Below are positions 26,917 through 32,000 of a DNA stretch of 32,000 nt, one piece after another. The stretch spans positions 70,036-102,035 of the forward strand of contig JBAZYK010000006.1 in assembly GCA_041659405.1 (NCBI GenBank), read 5' to 3'. The notes beneath the pieces are model-generated. The model saw only the letters and a program-made list of their open reading frames with translations. It was not told the DNA's origin and did not search any database. Both the position numbers and the translations under genes were made by a program. How positions within the stretch are numbered: the first letter of the stretch is position 1; each line of letters begins with the position of its first letter. Source of the stretch: Candidatus Altimarinota bacterium. GTDB lineage: Bacteria > Patescibacteriota > Gracilibacteria > UBA1369.

Positions 26917-28068
26917 CTAAGCTTCCTTTGGCACATAAAGCCCCCCGGCCGAACGACGAACGCGAAGGTCCCTATCCTGATACCCAGAACGGGAGCTACG
27001 CAAGCCGACCTTGACCTCATAAGTATCCCCGACGGGAACAAGCGGACTTTCTCCTCTTTCGCCCATATCAAGAAGACTAACACCGACTAAATCAATAGGG
27101 TTGCCTTCTTCTTTCATTGCTGTCGCCAAAACGGCATAAGCAGAAGGAGACGGATGTTGCATTTTATCCGCGACTAATTCCTTTCGTGAAAAATCATAAT
27201 TTTTCCCATTATTGTAATGGTCGCTGGCAGGATTGTCGCAATCTACCGGTAAATATGAAAGTTCACTATCCGCAGCACCTTCTACGATCCTGATATCAAA
27301 CTTACGGGATTTCTTTTCCACTCCAGCTTCTGGGGTCTTCCCTCCAAAGAAAATAGGTTTTTCAGGGTCAGGACAAAAGAAATCATTTTCTTTTCTTTCA
27401 GAAAGGGCTTTAATTTCTTCGGGGGTTAATTCAGGAGCGACAACCAGTTTAGGCGATTTTAAAGTTCGTAATTTATCAAGATCGATTTCTCCTTTTTCAT
27501 GCAATTCAGCCAAAAAAACTAGAGATTGCAGATGAGTTGGAACACCTTCCGCAAGCTTCCTGGCTTTTAATACACCAAGATTTTTACCGTAATCCGCAAA
27601 AAATCCAAATTTATTTAGAAACTTACGATTCTTCGGTGTTAATCTTGTTAATGCTGTTTTAGCAAGAACAGCAGCAACTTTTTCATGTTGTCCTTTTGCA
27701 ACCTCCGCTACAATCTCATCACCATAACCTTTTACCTCATAACTACCTTCTAACATTTCCTTTACCTCCTGTAATGCCGCAATAAAATCTTCTACTGTCT
27801 TGGCTTCCATTTCCGCTTCATTTTCAGACGTTATAAATCCTTCAGTCTTTAAATAAAAATAAAAAGTCCCATCAGAAGTATTAACCGACCCATGATCAAA
27901 AAAATCTTTTACCGACATTATCTTTAATTCCGGCTTACTGGCAATATGATCTCTCAATAAGTTAATACCTTTACTCAATTTCACTTTCATTTGGTACTGA
28001 ACCGTTTCCGTTTTGATAGCTTGACGTTCATGCCCTCGAACCTCAGCTTGTTCTGATTCTAAACTCAT
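26917..28068 (-). CDS. Hypothetical protein, 383 aa (orphan family member 2)
   Basis: Long intact ORF with its own promoter. Shares collinear motifs with the 435-aa protein: TPKNRKFLNK vs TPAMRRRLNK, SPKLVVAP vs TPELVISP, and RDLRVRRSA vs KDVKMRAAY near the C-termini. Confidence 0.7.
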   Translation of the reverse strand: MSLESEQAEVRGHERQAIKTETVQYQMKVKLSKGINLLRDHIASKPELKIMSVKDFFDHGSVNTSDGTFYFYLKTEGFITSENEAEMEAKTVEDFIAALQEVKEMLEGSYEVKGYGDEIVAEVAKGQHEKVAAVLAKTALTRLTPKNRKFLNKFGFFADYGKNLGVLKARKLAEGVPTHLQSLVFLAELHEKGEIDLDKLRTLKSPKLVVAPELTPEEIKALSERKENDFFCPDPEKPIFFGGKTPEAGVEKKSRKFDIRIVEGAADSELSYLPVDCDNPASDHYNNGKNYDFSRKELVADKMQHPSPSAYAVLATAMKEEGNPIDLVGVSLLDMGERGESPLVPVGDTYEVKVGLRSSRSGYQDRDLRVRRSAGGLYVPKEA

Positions 28069-28113
28069 AATTTTTAAATTATTTAATAAATTTGCACCAC
28101 ATTAAAGGCACAC

Positions 28114-28143
28114 AATATACAACGTAATTTGCGTGTTTGTCAA
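28114..28143 (-). promoter_or_regulatory. Putative promoter of the 383-aa gene
   Basis: On the minus strand, TTGACA (28143-28138), an 18-nt spacer, then TATATT (28119-28114). Confidence 0.45.
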
Positions 28144-28177
28144 TTTTAGCAAACACCTGCTTACCCGTTTATCAAAG

Positions 28178-28314
28178 TTTCCGGAGGGAATGGCTTCTTG
28201 GCGACATTGCGAGCGCAGCCGGTCGAGCATCATGATGCGAGACCTTCGCGGAGGCGTACATGTAGCCGCAGCGAACTGGCGAAGCGTTCGCCAAGAAGCC
28301 ATTCCCTCCGAAAA
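28178..28314. repeat. Large compound hairpin (about 26-bp closing stem, 83-nt structured interior)
   Basis: TTTCCGGAGGGAATGGCTTCTTGGCGA (28178-28204) pairs with TCGCCAAGAAGCCATTCCCTCCGAAA (28288-28313), with one bulged C. The interior holds the palindrome GGTCGAGCATCA/TGATGCGAGACC (28221-28244), which has a tandem GA/GA mismatch, and further stems (TTCGC...GCGAA, GGCGAA-GCG-TTCGCC). The outer pairing CCCGTTTATC / GATAAACAGG extends the structure to 28164-28339. Confidence 0.85.
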
Positions 28315-28352
28315 CTCCCCTGAAAAAGCGATAAACAGGCACGCGTTCCCCA

Positions 28353-28381
28353 TTGAAGAAAAAGCCAAAAAATGCTATAAT
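28353..28381 (+). promoter_or_regulatory. Putative pta-ackA promoter
   Basis: TTGAAG (28353-28358), a 17-nt spacer, then TATAAT (28376-28381). The ATG at 28404 follows 22 nt later. Confidence 0.5.
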
Positions 28382-28403
28382 TAGACAAAATAAAAACCAA
28401 CCA

Positions 28404-29447
28404 ATGGACTTCTTAAAAGAAATCAAATCAAAAGCCAAAACTCTTCAAAAAAGGATCGTTTTCCCGGAAAGTTTTGATGACCGCACGCTGCAAGCGCTTG
28501 AGGTTATTTTGAATGAGCAAACCGCTCAGCCAATTTTGCTTGGAAAAACCCAAGAAATTCAAGCTCAAGCTGCTAAACTCGGCCTTAAAATCGACTGGAA
28601 TAAAGTTAAAATTATTGACCCTAAAGATCCAACTTACCTCCAAAAATACACTGACGAGCTTTATAATCTGCGCAAAGATAAAGGTCTGACCAAAGACCAG
28701 GCCGCCAAACTTCTTGAAAATCACGACTATTTTGGCGTGATGGCTGTTCACATGGATGATGCCGAGGGCATGATCTCGGGCGCCGTTGGCACAACTGCCG
28801 AAACGGTTCTTCCCGCGCTTCAGATCATCAAAACTAAAGAAAAATTCCATAAAGTTTCCGGAATTTTCTTTATGGTGCTGGAAAAACGTCTGCTGCTTTT
28901 TGCTGATTGTGCCGTGAATATTGAGCCGGATTCGCATGAACTCGCCGATATTGCCATTGATACTGCCGAAACCGCTCTTCGTTTTGGGCTTGTGCCAAAA
29001 ATTGCCATGCTCTCTTTTTCGACTAACGGATCAGCAAAACACCCACTCGCTAACAAAGTGCGTGAAGCCACCCAAATGGTTAAATTTCGCCGCCCCGACC
29101 TTATAATTGATGGAGAAATGCAAGTTGATGCCGCACTTGTCCCAAATATTTGCGCTACAAAATTTCCCGGAAGCGCTTTACATGGCGACGCCAATATTCT
29201 TATTTTCCCTGATCTGCAAGCCGGAAATATAGCTTACAAATTGGTAGAAAGATTGGCCGGCGCAAAAGCCATTGGCCCAATTTTACAGGGTTTGCAAAAA
29301 CCAATTAACGACCTTTCCCGTGGCTGTTCTTTTCATGATATTGCCGATCTGGCCGCCTTTACTTCGTGTGAATCACAAGAAATTCATTACGAACTAAAAG
29401 CCGAAGCCATGCACGAAATTGTTCGCTCACATAAAGACACAAAATGA
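28404..29447 (+). CDS. pta: Phosphate acetyltransferase
   Basis: From the ATG at 28404: MDFLKEIKSKAKTLQKRIVFPESFDDRTLQA... and ANILIFPDLQAGNIAYKL, matching the PTA_PTB family. The earlier in-frame start at 28353 would overlap the predicted promoter. Confidence 0.9.
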   Translation: MDFLKEIKSKAKTLQKRIVFPESFDDRTLQALEVILNEQTAQPILLGKTQEIQAQAAKLGLKIDWNKVKIIDPKDPTYLQKYTDELYNLRKDKGLTKDQAAKLLENHDYFGVMAVHMDDAEGMISGAVGTTAETVLPALQIIKTKEKFHKVSGIFFMVLEKRLLLFADCAVNIEPDSHELADIAIDTAETALRFGLVPKIAMLSFSTNGSAKHPLANKVREATQMVKFRRPDLIIDGEMQVDAALVPNICATKFPGSALHGDANILIFPDLQAGNIAYKLVERLAGAKAIGPILQGLQKPINDLSRGCSFHDIADLAAFTSCESQEIHYELKAEAMHEIVRSHKDTK

Positions 29448-30598
29448 AAATCCTTGTAATAAATTCAGGATCCTCTTCCCTAAAATTCCAGCTGATGGAA
29501 TCGAGTTGCTGGCAGTGCCTTTATAAAGGCATGGTTGACGCAATTGGACTTTCCAACTGCACATTCAATCAACAGATCAAAACTCCTCAAATTAAAAATC
29601 ACCATCAGGCGCTTAAATTCAGCCTGGAAATGTTAGTCACAAAAAAAGTTCTCAAAAGTCTAAACGAAATTAAAGCTGTAGGCCATCGTGTTGTGCATGG
29701 CGGCGAAAAATATCGCCAGGCAACACTGATTACACCCAAAGTTCAAAAAGTAATTAAAGATTTATGCGAACTTGCGCCGCTTCATAATCCGCCAAATCTT
29801 GCCGGAATTAAGTCCTGCCAAAAATTGCTGGCCGGCATTCCACAAGTCGCGGTTTTTGATACGGCTTTTCATCAAACCATGCCGGAAAAAGCTTATCTTT
29901 ACGCGCTTCCTTTGGACTATTATAAAAAATTGGGAATTCGCCGCTACGGTTTCCATGGCACAAGTCACGAGTATGTAAGCCAGGAAACCATTAAACTGTT
30001 ACAAAAGAAATCCAGCAAAATCGTTATCTGTCATTTGGGAAATGGATCCAGCATCACAGCGGTTATAAATGGCAAATCTGTAGATACAAGCATGGGTTTA
30101 ACTCCGCTGGAAGGCGTTCCCATGGGTACCCGCAGCGGCGATCTTGATCCGGCAATTGTGCTTCATTTGCTTGAACAACATAACATTAAGCCGGAAGAAG
30201 TTTCCACAATCCTCAACAAAAAATCCGGATTATTAGGATTAACCGGCATCAGCAGCGATGTTCGAACTCTTTATGCCAAAGCCACAAATCCCAAAGTAAA
30301 ACGAGCTTTTCAGATTTTGACTTACCGCATTGCCAAATATATTGGCAGTTATGCCGCAGCCATGAACGGCCTTGACGCCATCACTTTCACCGGCGGAATC
30401 GGCGAAAATGCCTGGTATCTCCGCCAAGACATTTGTGATTATTTTAAATTTTTAGGACTAGAACTCGACCCGAAAAAAAACAAAAAAAACGCACAAGAAA
30501 TTAGCACAAACAAAAGCAAAATCCGCGTTTACGTTATCCCAACAAACGAAGAAAAACAAATCGCGATCGAAACAATGACAATCATCTCAAAAATTTAA
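29444..30598 (+). CDS. ackA: Acetate kinase
   Basis: 384 aa. MKILVINSGSSSLKFQL, GHRVVHGG, YGFHGTSH and FTGGIGEN. ATGA overlap with the pta stop. Confidence 0.95.
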   Translation: MKILVINSGSSSLKFQLMESSCWQCLYKGMVDAIGLSNCTFNQQIKTPQIKNHHQALKFSLEMLVTKKVLKSLNEIKAVGHRVVHGGEKYRQATLITPKVQKVIKDLCELAPLHNPPNLAGIKSCQKLLAGIPQVAVFDTAFHQTMPEKAYLYALPLDYYKKLGIRRYGFHGTSHEYVSQETIKLLQKKSSKIVICHLGNGSSITAVINGKSVDTSMGLTPLEGVPMGTRSGDLDPAIVLHLLEQHNIKPEEVSTILNKKSGLLGLTGISSDVRTLYAKATNPKVKRAFQILTYRIAKYIGSYAAAMNGLDAITFTGGIGENAWYLRQDICDYFKFLGLELDPKKNKKNAQEISTNKSKIRVYVIPTNEEKQIAIETMTIISKI

Positions 30599-30614
30599 TT
30601 TTTAATCAAAAAAC

Positions 30615-32000
30615 ATGTACTACTTAAAACCAAAAAAAATCGCCATCCGCGTAGGCAACAAATACGTCGCCCTGCTCAACAAAGAAACGGCGCATAAGCT
30701 GGATCTTCATCCTTCAGATCGTATTTTCCTTAAAAATGGCAAAAATGAAGTAACAGCCATTTTGGATATCATGGAAAATCAGGAATTAAAAGAAGGCCAA
30801 ATCGGTCTTTACGCAGAAACTTGGGAAAAATTAAAAATCACCAAAGGTGATCGCCGCATTTCTGCTGCCATTGCAGACAGACCAAAATCGGTTATTTACA
30901 TTCGCTCCAAACTTGATGGCAAAGAATTAACAGCTGAAGAAATGGATACAATCGTAAAAGATATCGTTGCCGAAAGACTTTCGGATGTGGAAATGACTTA
31001 TTTTGTTTCCGGTTGTTTTACAAGAGGAATGTCCGACGCCGAAACCGTTGCGCTCACCAAATCAATTGTGGCAAACGGTGGAAGGCTTCAATTTAAAGAT
31101 AAAATCGTCGTTGATAAACATTGTATTGGTGGAGTTCCGGGAAACCGCTCAACCATGCTCGCCGTGCCAATTATGACTTCACTTGGCCTGCGTATGCCAA
31201 AAACATCTTCACGCGCCATTACCAGCCCAGCCGGAACCGCCGATACCATGGAGGTATTTTGCAAAGTTACAAACAGCGCTGAAAAACTTATGAAAATCGC
31301 CATGAAAGTTGGTGGATTTATTACTTGGGGTGGAGGTGTTGATATTGCCGCAGCCGATGACAAACTGATTAAGGTCAGAAATCCAATGAGTCTTGATCCA
31401 CAAGGTATGTTGCTGGCTTCAATTTTGGCTAAAAAACATTCGGTTTCCGCAACACACGTTTTGATTGATATTCCTTATGGCCCGGACGTTAAGGTCAAAA
31501 ATGCCAAGGATGCGCAACCACTAAAAGAAAAATTCGAAAAAATCGGTGCAATGCTGGGTATGAAAGTCAAAGTTGTTCTTTCTGATGGAAGCCAACCTAT
31601 TGGCAACGGTGTTGGTCCAGTTTTAGAAGCACTGGATATTTTGAAAGTGCTAAAAATGGAACCGGATGCTCCACAAGATTTGGTTACCAAAACTATTTGG
31701 TTATGTGGAGTAATGCTGGAAATGACCGGCAAAGCCAAAGAAGGAAAAGGCGCAGAAATGGCCCGCGAAGCGCTTGTTTCCGGCAAAGCTTACAAGAAAA
31801 TGCAGGAAATTATTATCGCCCAGGGCAAAAATCACACTCCTCTCAAAGTTGGCAAACTGACTCATGACGTTGTAGCCACAAAATCCGGAAAAATCACCGC
31901 AATCAATAATAAACTTATTTCCCGTTATGCCCGTCTTGCCGGAGCTCCAATCAATGTGGGAGCCGGCCTTTTCATCCACAAAAAAATCAGTGACACGGTT
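30615..32000 (+). CDS. AMP phosphorylase / archaeal-type thymidine phosphorylase family protein; C-terminus runs off the window
   Basis: Absent from the ORF track because it is open at the window edge. From the ATG at 30615 there are 462 in-frame codons to position 32000 with no stop. An N-terminal extra domain of about 85 aa (MYYLKPKKIAIRVGNKYVALLNKETAHKLDLHPSDRI...) is followed by VVDKHCIGGVPGNRSTMLAVPI, TSSRAITSPAGTADTME and GGVDIAAADDKL, as in the AMPpase (DeoA type 2) subfamily. Confidence 0.88.
   Translation, partial: MYYLKPKKIAIRVGNKYVALLNKETAHKLDLHPSDRIFLKNGKNEVTAILDIMENQELKEGQIGLYAETWEKLKITKGDRRISAAIADRPKSVIYIRSKLDGKELTAEEMDTIVKDIVAERLSDVEMTYFVSGCFTRGMSDAETVALTKSIVANGGRLQFKDKIVVDKHCIGGVPGNRSTMLAVPIMTSLGLRMPKTSSRAITSPAGTADTMEVFCKVTNSAEKLMKIAMKVGGFITWGGGVDIAAADDKLIKVRNPMSLDPQGMLLASILAKKHSVSATHVLIDIPYGPDVKVKNAKDAQPLKEKFEKIGAMLGMKVKVVLSDGSQPIGNGVGPVLEALDILKVLKMEPDAPQDLVTKTIWLCGVMLEMTGKAKEGKGAEMAREALVSGKAYKKMQEIIIAQGKNHTPLKVGKLTHDVVATKSGKITAINNKLISRYARLAGAPINVGAGLFIHKKISDTV

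Noticed and set aside
28164-28339. Integron attC-like site or SRP/tmRNA identity for the compound hairpin
   Set aside because: The outer ends do not fit the attC R'/R'' consensus (GTTRRRY / RYYYAAC). The SRP domain IV motif and a tRNA-like tmRNA end are both absent.
28102-28438. Three overlapping 83-88-aa ORFs on both strands with mirrored peptides (EGMASWR)
   Set aside because: They are artefacts of translating both arms of the compound hairpin, and they overlap the predicted pta promoter.

Overview
The window looks like a gene-dense, mostly housekeeping stretch of a small bacterial genome. CPR/Patescibacteria-like is my inference from gene content, and the standard genetic code is in use. 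No transposase, integrase, CRISPR array, tRNA or rRNA was seen.

Confidently recognised genes:
- Minus-strand type IV pilus module: PilN-like, PilO-like, pilC, and a pilin that runs off the 5' edge.
- RNHCP-domain protein, tilS, ftsH, hsp20, galU, a TPR protein.
- RelE/ParE-Phd toxin-antitoxin pair.
- RNase P RNA.
- WbaP-type sugar transferase, a CarD-family protein with a long C-terminal extension, secA, galE, ftsK, gltX, a PHP phosphoesterase.
- pta-ackA, followed by an archaeal-type AMP/thymidine phosphorylase that runs off the 3' edge.

I could not recognise a complete known defence or mobile system. Parts that ordinary annotation does not explain:
1. A ~100-bp module is duplicated directly upstream of two consecutive orphan genes (131 aa and 435 aa). 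It has a 48-bp identical core, a 6-2-6 palindrome and a shared -35 box, and it brackets the 435-aa gene as direct repeats.
2. That 435-aa protein appears to be a distant paralog of a second orphan (383 aa) 3.5 kb away.
3. A family of long intergenic palindromic elements has four to five copies at 6.6, 7.3 and 26.2 kb. Copies share the core TGAACACA...TGTG(T/C)GAA, have copy-specific arms, and sit immediately upstream of start codons.
4. A separate ~140-175 bp compound hairpin lies between the divergent promoters of the 383-aa orphan and pta.
5. The RNase P RNA is about 620 nt because of a ~190-nt structured P3 expansion.
6. None of about 20 start codons has a visible Shine-Dalgarno motif.

All functional assignments rest on motifs read by eye from the ORF translations; no database search was possible.
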